The translations under genes were made by a program, and so were the position numbers. Shown in pieces: positions 38,568 through 48,185 of a DNA stretch of 64,000 bases (positions are counted from its first letter, which is position 1; each line of letters begins with the position of its first letter). The DNA is from an uncultured Gemmatimonadales bacterium (GTDB lineage: Bacteria > Gemmatimonadota > Gemmatimonadetes > Gemmatimonadales > GWC2-71-9), in contig CAWJIM010000023.1 of the NCBI GenBank assembly GCA_963842945.1, positions 64,001 to 128,000 of the forward strand, given 5' to 3'. The notes below the pieces were generated by a model. It was not told the origin of the DNA. It saw nothing but the letters and a program-made list of their open reading frames with translations, and did not search any database.

Positions 38568-38936
38568 CTATCGCTCGAGGGCCCTCCGAAATGCGCGCTG
38601 GCTGTAGTCGGCCATGTCGCGCTGCCAGCGCTCGAAAATCGCGACCAGACGCCGTCCCTCGGCGCTCAGCTTCGCTCCACCGCCCGAGCTGCCCCCGCGC
38701 GAAGTCTCCAGCACTCGCCGCCCGAGGATGTCTTCCATTCGGCGAATCCGGTTGAGGCAGGTGCGATAGCTCCACCCCACGGTCTTCCCCGCCTGCCGTA
38801 TCGTCCCGCTCTCCTCTACTGCCCGCAGAAACCTGAAGTAGTTGGGGCCCATGAGGAATGAATTCCCCAGCGTAAACCAGATCTTGTGCCTGGGCCGGAG
38901 CGGCGTGGTTAGCCTCTGACGGGCTGTCTTGGCCAT
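38568..38936 (-). CDS. ModE N-terminal-like winged-helix regulator without TOBE domains
   Basis: KIWF, LMGP...LRAVEESGTIRQAGK.VGWSYR, ETSRGGSSGGGAKLS; 122 aa. Confidence 0.8.
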   Translation of the reverse strand: MAKTARQRLTTPLRPRHKIWFTLGNSFLMGPNYFRFLRAVEESGTIRQAGKTVGWSYRTCLNRIRRMEDILGRRVLETSRGGSSGGGAKLSAEGRRLVAIFERWQRDMADYSQRAFRRALER

Positions 38937-38950
38937 GGGAACGCTTCCTC

Positions 38951-40645
38951 CTACCCCGCTGGAAAGAGATGCGCCGACTGCGGAGGCGCGTCGGCCAGCT
39001 GATCCACTCTCTTTTCAATCTCGACGTCGGCGCCGGTGAGCCGGCCGTGGTGTTGTCGCAGATGCTCCTCCCAGGACGGCACGGTGTACTCCTCCACGAA
39101 CCGATTGGGGAACGCGCCGTCGCGGTACAGCTCCCAGCGAATCGCCCCGGTGCGGAGGCGGGACAGGCGGAGGTCCCGCATCGCCTGCAGAAATCGCTCC
39201 TGCCGCTCGGGAGCAACGGTGTAAGTCGTCGCCACCAGGACGGGCCCCGTGTCCTCTTCGGGTTCGATGCCCAGCTGCGGCTCGGGCCACGGCCGGGAGG
39301 GATCGCGATTCAAGCCCGAAATGTCGTACAGAGGCCAGCGCCAGAGCGTCGCGGCGGTCAGCAGCAACACCGCCGCCGCCAGCAGAAAAACGGTGACCAA
39401 CCCCACCGAGCCGGCGACCAGCCCCCAGCCCAGCGCCGCCGCGGCCTGCGAGCCGAAGAGCACGATCTGGAACGCGGCGAGGCCGCGCGCTCGCACCCAG
39501 CCCGGAAGAAACAGCTGAATCATGGCGTTCATGTTGGAGATGACCACCACCCAGGCCGCTCCCGCCGGCAGCAACGCCAGGAAGGCCGGGAGCGGATGTC
39601 GCACCAGCACGAGCACCGCCATGGCTCCGGCGTAGACAACACTCCCGGCCGCGAGCATTCGATTGGGCGTGAGCTTCGCGGTGAATCGCGGGATCAGGAC
39701 TGCGCCGGCCACCGCGCCCCCGCCCAGAGCGCCGAGCAGAAGACCGTAGCCGCCGGAGCCGAGGTGAAGCAGCCGGGTGGCCACCAGCGGCAACAGCGCC
39801 CAGACGGCGGTCGCCGGCGCGATGAACAGCCCGAGCCGTAAGAGAATCCGGCGGGTGATTGGCGAGTATCTGACGTAGCGGCCGCCGGCCCGGAGCGCGG
39901 GAAGGAAGCGCTCGGGTGCCTGCGCGGCGGCCTCGATCGGACGGCGCCACACCAGCAGCACCATGATCAGCAGAAGAAAGGCCGCCGTGTTGATCCCGAA
40001 TACCACGCCGACGCCGACCCGGGCGATCAGAACCCCCGCGATGGCGGGACCGATCGCCCGGGCCAGGTTGATGCTGATTCCGCTCAATGCGGAGGCGGAG
40101 GCAAGCTGCTCGCGGGGGACCAGCTCCGGGATCAGCGCCTGATAGGGGGGAATCGTCATCGCCGACACGGCGCCGAGCGCGAAGGTGAACGCTAGGAGCA
40201 GTGCCGGCGTCATGTGCCCGGTGAGAGTGAGCCCGGTGAGGCCGGCGCCGATCGCCACCTGGAGCAGTTGCAGGATGATGAGCAGCCGCCGGCGATCGAA
40301 CGCATCGGCCAGCGCGCCCGCGGGGAAGGCGAACAGCACGTCGGGCAGGGTGTCGGCGGTCTGCACCAGCGCGACCAGCGTCGCCGCGCCGGGCAGTCCT
40401 ACCAGAAGCCATTGAGCTCCGACCGTCTGCATCCAGGTGCCGATGTTGCTCATCAGCGCCGCGAGCCACAAGAGCCGAAAGACCCGCTGCCGGAGCGGAG
40501 CCCAGGGCGACAGCGGGGCAGCAGGGACGCGGGGAAGCGGGGAGGGAGAAGCGGTCAGGAGACGCTCGGCGCCAAGGATGACGGTTATAATGCCGAATGT
40601 CTTCGCCCGCTGCGACCCCCTTCCGGAACGCCCCCCACCATGCAA
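38951..40645 (-). CDS. MFS transporter (MFS_3/DUF894 type) with C-terminal soluble domain
   Basis: SNIGTWMQTVGAQW, AGALADAFDRRRLL, NLARAIGPAIAG, GPVLV...RLRTGA..W.L...SWEEHLRQH; true start probably downstream of 40645. Confidence 0.87.
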   Translation of the reverse strand: MHGGGRSGRGSQRAKTFGIITVILGAERLLTASPSPLPRVPAAPLSPWAPLRQRVFRLLWLAALMSNIGTWMQTVGAQWLLVGLPGAATLVALVQTADTLPDVLFAFPAGALADAFDRRRLLIILQLLQVAIGAGLTGLTLTGHMTPALLLAFTFALGAVSAMTIPPYQALIPELVPREQLASASALSGISINLARAIGPAIAGVLIARVGVGVVFGINTAAFLLLIMVLLVWRRPIEAAAQAPERFLPALRAGGRYVRYSPITRRILLRLGLFIAPATAVWALLPLVATRLLHLGSGGYGLLLGALGGGAVAGAVLIPRFTAKLTPNRMLAAGSVVYAGAMAVLVLVRHPLPAFLALLPAGAAWVVVISNMNAMIQLFLPGWVRARGLAAFQIVLFGSQAAAALGWGLVAGSVGLVTVFLLAAAVLLLTAATLWRWPLYDISGLNRDPSRPWPEPQLGIEPEEDTGPVLVATTYTVAPERQERFLQAMRDLRLSRLRTGAIRWELYRDGAFPNRFVEEYTVPSWEEHLRQHHGRLTGADVEIEKRVDQLADAPPQSAHLFPAG

Positions 40646-41530
40646 GCCGAGCCACTGCTCACCTGGTCTGAGCCGGTCCGCGAGTTCATCGGTTTCGCCT
40701 CCCTGTTCCTCGCCAACGGCGCAATCGGGTTCCGCTACGCCGCGGTGCGCGGCCGGCTCACCGAAGAAGGAGCCTCAGCGGAAGTACGGGCGGTCTACGA
40801 CCGTGCCACCCGACGGGCCGCCGGCTTGGGGTTACTCGGGGCGCTGATCCAGGCGGTGCTCCTGACGGTGCGGCTGCCTCATTTGGCAGAGCGGATGCAC
40901 CGGTCGGTGGGACAGCTGCTCACCAGCGATCCTCAGACCATCGCGCGATGCGTACTCCTGCTCGCCGCGATCGTGGGGCTCGCGTTGGCTCGGAGAAATT
41001 CCCGCAGCAGAGCCTGGCTGGTCGGGGCGGTGGGGTTGATTGGGGCACAGCTGACGGTGGTTCTGTCGGGCCGCTGGGTCGGCCTGGTGAATCCGGCTCA
41101 TCAGCTCTTTGGGAGCCTCTGGCTCGGCACGCTGCTGGTGCTGGTGCTGGCGGGATTCTCCAGCGTGCTGCGAGACGCGCCTCGGCTCAGAGGAACCATT
41201 GCGGCCGACATGGTGAACGGCTTCTCGCCGCTGGCGCTCACCGCGGCGCCCCTGCTGGTGGCCTCTGGGGTCACCACCGCCCTGCTCCACCTGCACCCCT
41301 TCTCCTCGCTCTACACCACGCCCTACGGCTATGCGCTGCTGGTGAAGCTCTGCTTCGTTGTCCTGGTCTTCATCCTGGGAGCCTGGAACTGGAGGCGGCA
41401 GCGGCCCCGGCTCGGCAGCGAGGAGGCCGCCGGCCGGATCCGCCGATCTTCGATCATGGAGCTGAGCGTGGCCACGATCGTGCTGATCGTGACCTCGATC
41501 CTGGTGAGTCTCCCCTCACCGAGGCACTAG
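40640..41530 (+). CDS. CopD-like membrane protein
   Basis: About 8 TM segments; NPAHQLFGSLWLGTL, FSPLAL, SGV, TTPYGYALLVKL, LGAWNWR. Confidence 0.72.
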   Translation: MQAEPLLTWSEPVREFIGFASLFLANGAIGFRYAAVRGRLTEEGASAEVRAVYDRATRRAAGLGLLGALIQAVLLTVRLPHLAERMHRSVGQLLTSDPQTIARCVLLLAAIVGLALARRNSRSRAWLVGAVGLIGAQLTVVLSGRWVGLVNPAHQLFGSLWLGTLLVLVLAGFSSVLRDAPRLRGTIAADMVNGFSPLALTAAPLLVASGVTTALLHLHPFSSLYTTPYGYALLVKLCFVVLVFILGAWNWRRQRPRLGSEEAAGRIRRSSIMELSVATIVLIVTSILVSLPSPRH

Positions 41531-41531
41531 A

Positions 41532-42492
41532 TCAGACCTCGGCCGGGATCGGAATCTCTCCCTTGTGTACCGCCAGCCACTCCTCGAACGTCTGCAGCTC
41601 CGGGTTGAGCGACCGGCTGAACTCCAGGCTCCGCGCCCCGACGAAGTAGTCGTTGAAGTCGCGCTTGAACTGGAACATGTTGCCCAGGTCGTCGGCGCCG
41701 GGGAAGCCGAGGCTCCGGTACACCTCGGGCGGCACATTGTTGTAGCGCACCTCCTGGCCCAGCGCCTGGGTCAGCTGCCGTGCCATCTGGGTGCCGGTGA
41801 GGTGCTCGCCCGCAATGCCCACAGTCCGGTTGATGAATTCCCGTCCCCGTTTGAAGATCCCGTAGGCGCACTTCCCGATGTCCTCGACCGCGATACTGGC
41901 CAGCGGCTTGTCGTCCAACGGAAAGGTGATGGCGAGAACGCCGTCGGGTCCCCGCTGGGGGCCGGCGCCGAAGTAGATCAGGTTGTCCCAGTAGAACGAG
42001 GTGAGCAGGAACGTGGTCGGCACGCCCAGCTCCCGGAAGATCCCGTCGGCCTCGCCCTTGGCGTCGAAGTGCGGCACCTTGTACTTGCCCATCAGCGTCG
42101 GCATCCGGTCGTCCTCGAGCGGAACCCACTTGCGGGTGTCCTCCAGGGTGGACCAGATCACGTGCTGCAGGCCCGGCATCCTTGGCGGCCTGGGCCTGGT
42201 TTCTGGCCTGGGTAAGCTCCCGCTCGGGCGAGAAGTGCTCCCAGAAGTTGGTGAGACAGAAAGCGCCGTAAGCGCCGGTAAAGGCGCGGCGAATGCTCGC
42301 CGGATCGTCCGCGTCGCCGGCAACGACCTCGGCGCCGGCGTTCTTGAGGGCCTGGGCCTTCTCCGAGTCCGGCTTCCGGGTGATGGCGCGGACAGCGAAT
42401 CCACCGTTCCGGTCGGCCAGGATCGCGCGAGCCAGTCCCCCGCCCTGCGCACCGGTGGCGCCGACAACGGCAATGATCTTCTTCTCGGGCAT
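41532..42492 (-). CDS. NmrA/HSCARG-family NAD(P)-binding protein, frameshift near 42172
   Basis: VVGATGAQGGGL, TNFWEH in one frame; HVIWSTLED, VPHFDAKG in the next. Confidence 0.87.
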
Positions 42493-42506
42493 GATGATTC
42501 TCCAGA

Positions 42507-43668
42507 GTGAGTGACCTGAACCAGGCGAGAACATACCGCCAAAAACCGGAACCCACAAAGCGGGCGGAGCACCCATCCCGCCGCCATCTGGCCGCCTACT
42601 TCCTGCGGCTGGGTGCCCTGGGCTTCGGCGGGCCGGTCGCACTGGTCGGGTACATGCACCGCGACCTGGTGGAGAGCCGTGGCTGGATCGGCGAGGAGGA
42701 GTACCGCGAGGGCATGGCGTTGGCCCAGCTGTCGCCGGGGCCGCTGGCCGCGCAGCTCTGCTTCTATCTGGGCTACATCCGGGGCGGCGTCACCGGCGCC
42801 ATCATGTCCGGCCTCGCCTTCGTTGCGCCCAGCTTCCTGATCGTCGTCGCGCTCGGGTGGGCGTACCTGCGCTACGGCGGGATCTCCTGGATGCAGGCGG
42901 TGTTCTACGGGGTGGGCGCGTCCGTCATCGGACTCATCGCCAAGAGCGCCTACGGACTGGCCAGGAAGACCATGGGACGGGACGCTCTGCTCTGGGGAAT
43001 CCTGCTCGTGGTCGCGGTGGCAACGGCGATCACCGGCCGGGAAAGTGTCTCACTCATCGTTGCCGGCGGAGTCGTGGTTTGGCTGGTGCGTGCGCCGCCC
43101 GCGGTCCTGCGCAGAACCGGCACCGCAGGGGAAGGTGCCAGCGCCATCCTTCTGCTTCAGATCCTCGGCTTCTTTGCCTATGCGGGGACTTTCGTCTTCG
43201 GAAGCGGGCTCGCCATCGTTCCGTTCCTGCACGGCGGCGTGGTGCTGGAACACCGCTGGCTCACCGAGCGGCAATTCCTCGATGCAGTCGCCGTGGCGTT
43301 CATCACGCCGCGGCCCGGTGGTGATCACCACCGGGTTCATCGGCTATCTCGTGGCCGGCCTGGCAGGTGCCTGTGTGGCCGCGGGGGCGACATTCCTCCC
43401 GGCGTTTCTCTTCACGGTGATTCCCGCCCCGTACTTCCATCGCCACGGGAAGCGTCCCTGGCTCGCTGCGGTGGTGGCGGGGGTAACAGCGGGCGCCATC
43501 GGAGCCATCGTCGGCGCGGTATTCGTGCTGGGCCGAGGCTCGATCGTCGATCTGCCGACCGCACTGATCGCGCTGGGCGCGTTCGCGCTCACCTGGCTCA
43601 AGTGGAAAATTCCCGATCCGGTGATCGTGCTTCTGGCGGCGCTGGTCGGGCTGGTGGTAAGGCGGTAA
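42507..43668 (+). CDS. chrA: Chromate-ion (CHR) transporter, frameshift near 43311
   Basis: LGALGFGGP, AQLSPGPLAAQL, FVFGSG, FLDAVAV..ITP/GPVVIT. Confidence 0.87.
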
Positions 43669-43777
43669 GGCGGGGAGGCGGGGAGGCAGCGGGGCGCGGG
43701 GCAGCGGGCAGCGGGCAGCGGGGCAGCGAGGCAGCGAGGCAGCGAGGCAGCGAGGCAGCGAGGCAGCGAGGCAGCGG
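43656..43777 (+). repeat. Octamer tandem tract beginning at the chrA stop
   Basis: GGTAAGGC x2, GGGGAGGC x2, degenerate GGCAGCG units, then six perfect GGCAGCGA (43722-43769). Confidence 0.9.
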
Positions 43778-43792
43778 GACAGAAAATGCGAG

Positions 43793-43833
43793 GGAGTCAT
43801 TGCGAGGGCAGATTCGCTCCCCACAATGACTCC
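43793..43833. repeat. REP-like palindrome
   Basis: GGAGTCATTG (43793-43802) and CAATGACTCC (43824-43833), with an imperfect inner extension. Confidence 0.65.
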
Positions 43834-43855
43834 GAGTCGTTACCTGCTCTACGCT

Positions 43856-43878
43856 TTCCGTCGTTCCGTCGTTCCGCC
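43856..43878 (-). repeat. Octamer tract at the RCC1-protein stop
   Basis: TTCCGTCG TTCCGTCG TTCCGCC; same unit as 23093-23123. Confidence 0.75.
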
Positions 43879-45062
43879 TACGACCCCGCCACCGGCACCG
43901 GCGACAGCTGCCGGCTGGTACTGCTGCCGTCACCCAGTTTGCCGGCGTGGTTATCACCCCAGCAATAGCCTCGGCCCGTGGTGCTGGCGCCGCATGCATG
44001 GACCTCGCCCACGCTGATCTGGGCGAACGTGATATTCCCGGCCACGGGGGCGGGGGTCAAATGGTCGTTGCTGGTGCCGTCGCCCAGGTTGCCCTGCGCA
44101 TTGGCGCCCCAGCAGTAGCCCTGTCCGGTCGTGGTGATACCGCAGCTGAAGAACGAGTAGGCGCTCACGCTCTTGAACTGGAGCGAACCGGACACCGGAC
44201 GAGGTGCGACGCGGGTGGTCTTGGTGCCGTCGCCCAGCTGGCCGCTGGAGCCCATGCCCCAGCAGTACGCCCGGTTGGTCGTGGTGACCGCGCAGGTGTA
44301 AAGGCTGCCCGACTCGATGTCGCGGATCGAAAGCCCACCCATGACCGCAGCGGGGGAAGACTTGGAGATCCTGACCGCGCTCGTGCCCAGCTGCCCCTGG
44401 GTGTTCGATCCCCAGCAGTAGGCCTTGTTGGTGGTGGTGACCCCGCAGGTGTGATCCAGCCCCGGACTAATCCAGCGCCAGTGGAGCCCGCCACCCACCC
44501 GCACCGGCGCCAGACGCGATTTATGAGTGAAGTCGCCCAGCTGACCCTTCGTGTTCGATCCCCAGCAATAGGCCACGTCGTCGGTGGTGATCCCGCAGGT
44601 GTGGTTCGTCCCGGCGCGCACCAGCCGGAAGTTGAGTCCGCCGGTAACCGGGAACGGGGTGTCGTGGAAGTCGGAGGTGCCGTCGCCCAGCTTGCCGTTC
44701 CCCTCACCCCAGCAGTAGGCCTTGTTGTTCGTGGTGACACCGCAGTTGTAGCGGAAGCCCGCGCTGACGTTCCGGAAGAGGAGCCCGCCGGCCACCGCGA
44801 CTGGAACGTTGCTGCCGAAGTCGCCCCCGTCCCCCAACGCGCCGACGAAGTTACTGCCCCAGCAGTAGGCCTTGTTGGTGGTAGTCACCCCACAGCTGTG
44901 GGCGTCACCCGCGCTGATGGCCCGGAACACCAGGGTAGCCGCGGCGGTCGCGCTGAGCTCCGGCGCCGCTGTGGCCTCAGGACCGGTGGGAGACTGGTCC
45001 TCGGTACAGGCTACGGCGGACAAGAGAATGGAAAGGGCCAGCACCGAATGGTATGACCTCAT
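43878..45062 (-). CDS. RCC1/BLIP-II-like beta-propeller lipoprotein
   Basis: LSAVAC lipobox; seven repeats of G..H.CG.TT...AYCWG.N..G.LGDG. Confidence 0.9.
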   Translation of the reverse strand: MRSYHSVLALSILLSAVACTEDQSPTGPEATAAPELSATAAATLVFRAISAGDAHSCGVTTTNKAYCWGSNFVGALGDGGDFGSNVPVAVAGGLLFRNVSAGFRYNCGVTTNNKAYCWGEGNGKLGDGTSDFHDTPFPVTGGLNFRLVRAGTNHTCGITTDDVAYCWGSNTKGQLGDFTHKSRLAPVRVGGGLHWRWISPGLDHTCGVTTTNKAYCWGSNTQGQLGTSAVRISKSSPAAVMGGLSIRDIESGSLYTCAVTTTNRAYCWGMGSSGQLGDGTKTTRVAPRPVSGSLQFKSVSAYSFFSCGITTTGQGYCWGANAQGNLGDGTSNDHLTPAPVAGNITFAQISVGEVHACGASTTGRGYCWGDNHAGKLGDGSSTSRQLSPVPVAGS

Positions 45063-45214
45063 GGAATTTCCTCGTTTTGGCATCGGGTTATGAGCATCGC
45101 GTGCTCAAATGAACGAAGCCAATCTTCTTGCGCGTAGTCAAGCGGGAATCAAGCGACGGAGGGCCAGAGAGGAGGTGGGATTGAGGGGTGTGGGTCAGGA
45201 CACAACGAGTTGGG

Positions 45215-45821
45215 TCATTGGCCCCCGAGTCCTCCGTGCCAAAGGGACCCGGGTCCGAAAGTGACGGGGCGCTGCGGTGAACTACTAGGAGTCGCTTTCG
45301 GTCTCCCCGCGAGCGCGGTGAAGCCGAGACCCACGCTCCACAGCCCTTCGGTTTCGTTGTCTATCAGATAGTAGTGACGGATGACGTCCAGCCGGACGCC
45401 CGACCTCTTGCCGGTCTGAATGATCATCCCGCCGCCAAAGTGGAAGCCGGGCTCGAAGACAAACCCACCTCCCAGAGCGGTGAGAGTGCTGACTCCGGCC
45501 TTCAACAGTCCGCTGAAGCCTGAGCCCGGAATGCTGAGCGCCGCTCCCAGATCCGGCGCCAGATAGAGCGCACCGGCCTGGAGCGCGTCAGGAAAGAGGG
45601 ACACTCCGACCTCGGTCCCCAATTGCCGGGCTTTGAGTCTGGAATAGCGGAACGAGACCGCGGTGATGCCCGCGCCTTCGTAGATAAACCGGTCTACCGA
45701 TGCCCCGGCGGCAGGACCATCCGGCAGGGTGCTCAACTGGGCGCCTAAGCGAATTGGACGGAGGGGAAAACAGAGCGATCGCAACGAAGGCAGCCACGGC
45801 GAAGTTGAAGCGGCGGGTCAC
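45215..45821 (-). CDS. Small outer-membrane beta-barrel-like protein, frameshift near 45760
   Basis: Signal peptide in the 45821 frame; amphipathic strands (GFHFGGG, GVRLDV, WSVGLGF) in the 45784 frame. Confidence 0.5.
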
Positions 45822-45886
45822 GAGAGCCTCCTCGACCGGACCAGCTTCAACTTACCTCCAAAATGGGACCTCCGCGAATCGAGCGG

Positions 45887-46414
45887 CTACTTCCGGTCGA
45901 ATGGGCCCAGGGGAGTGCCTTTGTCGTTGGTCAGGGTGAGCTGGGGGCTTCCGTTGTTGTCACTGAGCGCCCAGGTGTACGTGTCGGTCTCGCCGGCCTC
46001 GTCGTTGGTCGCATCCTCCCCGCATGTGTCAGTCACCTTCGTCGTCCCCTTGCTCATGTGGAGCAGGAGGCTGGAGCCCTGCACCTGCGCGGTCCCCTCC
46101 GACTGGTGCAGTACCTCCATATTGCAGGGCGGGAAGTTCGACTCGCCCACAAACACGTGCTCGAAGTGGCCGTCGGATGACAGGGTGAGGGTCTCGCTCT
46201 GATTGGCGGTCGACACGCACTGGCCGCTCTCGGGATCGCAGGTCGGAACCCCGATGAATTGGTAATGCCATTCGCCGAGCAGCTCGGCTGGGAGGTTGCT
46301 GAACCCGCCGGGGGGATTGCTGGGTCCAGTGGTGGAGTCGCCTCCCGAGCCGCAGGCGAGGGTCAGGACAAGCAGGGCAACAACTGGCCGGGAAGAGACG
46401 AGGAGGCGCGGCAT
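45887..46414 (-). CDS. Hypothetical lipoprotein, possibly a lipocalin-like barrel
   Basis: LTLAC lipobox, LPAELLGEW motif, two further Cys pairs; GGAG RBS. Confidence 0.65.
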   Translation of the reverse strand: MPRLLVSSRPVVALLVLTLACGSGGDSTTGPSNPPGGFSNLPAELLGEWHYQFIGVPTCDPESGQCVSTANQSETLTLSSDGHFEHVFVGESNFPPCNMEVLHQSEGTAQVQGSSLLLHMSKGTTKVTDTCGEDATNDEAGETDTYTWALSDNNGSPQLTLTNDKGTPLGPFDRK

Positions 46415-46534
46415 ATGATCTCCAAGAGATTCGGACTGAACGGTGCTCTGGGAGTATGACGCTGCGGGCGCCCGATCCTTCTCACCCCACCGAAGGCCCG
46501 CCTGCTGACCGCCAGCTCATCCTATGATTCTCCC

Positions 46535-47278
46535 ATGAAGGTTGCCACCTGGAATGTGAACGGCATCCGGGCCCGCGCCGCGCAGGTCCACGAGTGGATC
46601 GAACGCGAGCAACCGGATGTGATCTGCCTGCAGGAGCTGAAGGCCGAGCTGGCGCAGGTGCCCGAAGTCGTCCAGCGCGGGGAGTATCACGCGTTCTGGC
46701 ACTGCTGCAAGGGATACTCAGGGGTGTCGCTCCAGCTTCGGAAGGACGTCTTCCTTACCGCTCCGGCCTATACCCACCCCCGCTTCGATACCGAGTCGAG
46801 AGTGGTCACCGCCGAGCTGGGCGAACTCGTCATGGCGTCGATGTACGTCCCCAACGGCGGCAAGGACTATCCGGCCAAGATCGGTTTCATGCGGCAGGTC
46901 ATCCAATGGGCCGGTGAGCTGATCCAAGGCGGGCGCGAGCTCCTGATCGCGGGCGACCTCAACATCGCCCGCGCCGAGATCGACGTGCACCCCCGGGAAC
47001 GAAAGGCGACAAAGGTGGGGCAGCGCCCGGAAGAGCGTGCCCTGTTCCAGGAGCTCCTGGACACGGGGCTGACCGACGTGGGCCGAGCCATGGATCCCGA
47101 CAACGCGGGGTTGTTCACCTGGTGGGCTCCGTGGCGGGAGCTTCGAGCCCGCAACATCGGCTGGCGGCTGGACTACATGCTGGCGTCGGCCGGTCTGTTT
47201 GCCCGCACCCAGAGCTGCGTGGTGCAGTCGAGCGTGGGGACCAGCGACCACGCGCCGGTGGTGCTGGAGACGCGTTGA
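46535..47278 (+). CDS. xth: Exodeoxyribonuclease III
   Basis: ATWNVNGIRAR, CLQELK, GYSGV, YVPNG, GDLNIA, GWRLDY, SDHAPV. Confidence 0.94.
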   Translation: MKVATWNVNGIRARAAQVHEWIEREQPDVICLQELKAELAQVPEVVQRGEYHAFWHCCKGYSGVSLQLRKDVFLTAPAYTHPRFDTESRVVTAELGELVMASMYVPNGGKDYPAKIGFMRQVIQWAGELIQGGRELLIAGDLNIARAEIDVHPRERKATKVGQRPEERALFQELLDTGLTDVGRAMDPDNAGLFTWWAPWRELRARNIGWRLDYMLASAGLFARTQSCVVQSSVGTSDHAPVVLETR

Positions 47279-47303
47279 CGGCGGACCGCTCACCGCTCAC
47301 CGC
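47278..47303. repeat. Short heptamer tract joining the convergent xth and SRPBCC stops
   Basis: ACGGCGG ACCGCTC ACCGCTC ACCGC. Confidence 0.55.
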
Positions 47304-47782
47304 AACGATCTCGCCACCTGCTCCAGCAGGTCCAGGGCATCCTGCAGCCCGGCCTCCATGCCCGACTCGATATGTGCGTCCCGGTGCGCCTTGGTCTGGT
47401 GCTGCACCAGAACAGTCAGCATCGTGCGTCCCCCCTGCTCTGTCAGCGTCATCGTATCGATCGCCTCTGCGTCGGGCACCAGCTCGAACACCTCGGTGCT
47501 CACCAGCCGCTCGTTGGGTACGATCTCCCGGTACTCGCCATGGAACGCCACCTCCAGTCCGCCGTCCGCGATCATCACGTACCGCCACCTGCCGCCGACC
47601 CTGAGGTCCACCTCCGCCACCGTCATCTTTCCCCGGTTGGCGGGCCACCAGCGCTTGATCAGCTCGGGCGTGGTCCAGGCCCGATAGACCAGGTGCCGCG
47701 GCGCCGCGAACTCCCGGGTGATGAGGATCTGAGTATCCGAGGGAAGCGTGACCCTCGCCGTACCGCTGCTCGCCGCCATCAT
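47297..47782 (-). CDS. SRPBCC/AHSA1-like protein
   Basis: ITREFAAPRHLVYRAWTTPELIKRWW, VDLRVGGRWRY, FHGEYREIVPNERLV, SGMEAG. Confidence 0.9.
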   Translation of the reverse strand: MMAASSGTARVTLPSDTQILITREFAAPRHLVYRAWTTPELIKRWWPANRGKMTVAEVDLRVGGRWRYVMIADGGLEVAFHGEYREIVPNERLVSTEVFELVPDAEAIDTMTLTEQGGRTMLTVLVQHQTKAHRDAHIESGMEAGLQDALDLLEQVARSLR

Positions 47783-48120
47783 GTGCGCTTCTCCTGTGCC
47801 TTGAGTTCGTCCAACACCTGATCCAATACCTGGAACCGCTCCTCCCACGCCTGCCGATAGCTGCTGACCCAGTCGTGAATCGGCTTGAGCATGCGGCCGT
47901 TGATCCGGTAGAGCCGCCGCCGGCCGTCTTCCCGCACGTCCACCAGGCCAACCTCCCGAAGCACCTTGAGGTGCTTCGATACCTGGGGCTGCCCCAGCCC
48001 AAGCAGCGCGACCAGGTCGTTGACCGGCAGCTCCCCCGGGGCAAGAAGGTCCAGGATCTGCCGCCGCTGCGGCTCGGCGATCGCATTGAATGCATCAGTC
48101 GTCGTGGCTGCTCGCGCCAT
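47779..48120 (-). CDS. ArsR/SmtB-family regulator
   Basis: FNAIAEPQRRQILDLL, QPQVSKHLKVLREVGLV. Confidence 0.92.
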   Translation of the reverse strand: MARAATTTDAFNAIAEPQRRQILDLLAPGELPVNDLVALLGLGQPQVSKHLKVLREVGLVDVREDGRRRLYRINGRMLKPIHDWVSSYRQAWEERFQVLDQVLDELKAQEKRT

Positions 48121-48126
48121 TCAGAG

Positions 48127-48149
48127 ATTATATACCCATATCGGAATAT
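48127..48149 (-). promoter_or_regulatory. Leaderless -10 element with overlapping operator for the ArsR gene
   Basis: TATAAT 6 nt upstream of ATG; imperfect palindrome ATATACCCATATCGGAATAT (48130-48149). Confidence 0.6.
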
Positions 48150-48185
48150 GTAAAGGGATGGCGGAGCGATACCGCAGTCGGAGGC

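Noticed and set aside
43656..43878. CRISPR array
   Set aside because: Contiguous 8-mers without unique spacers; no cas genes in the window.
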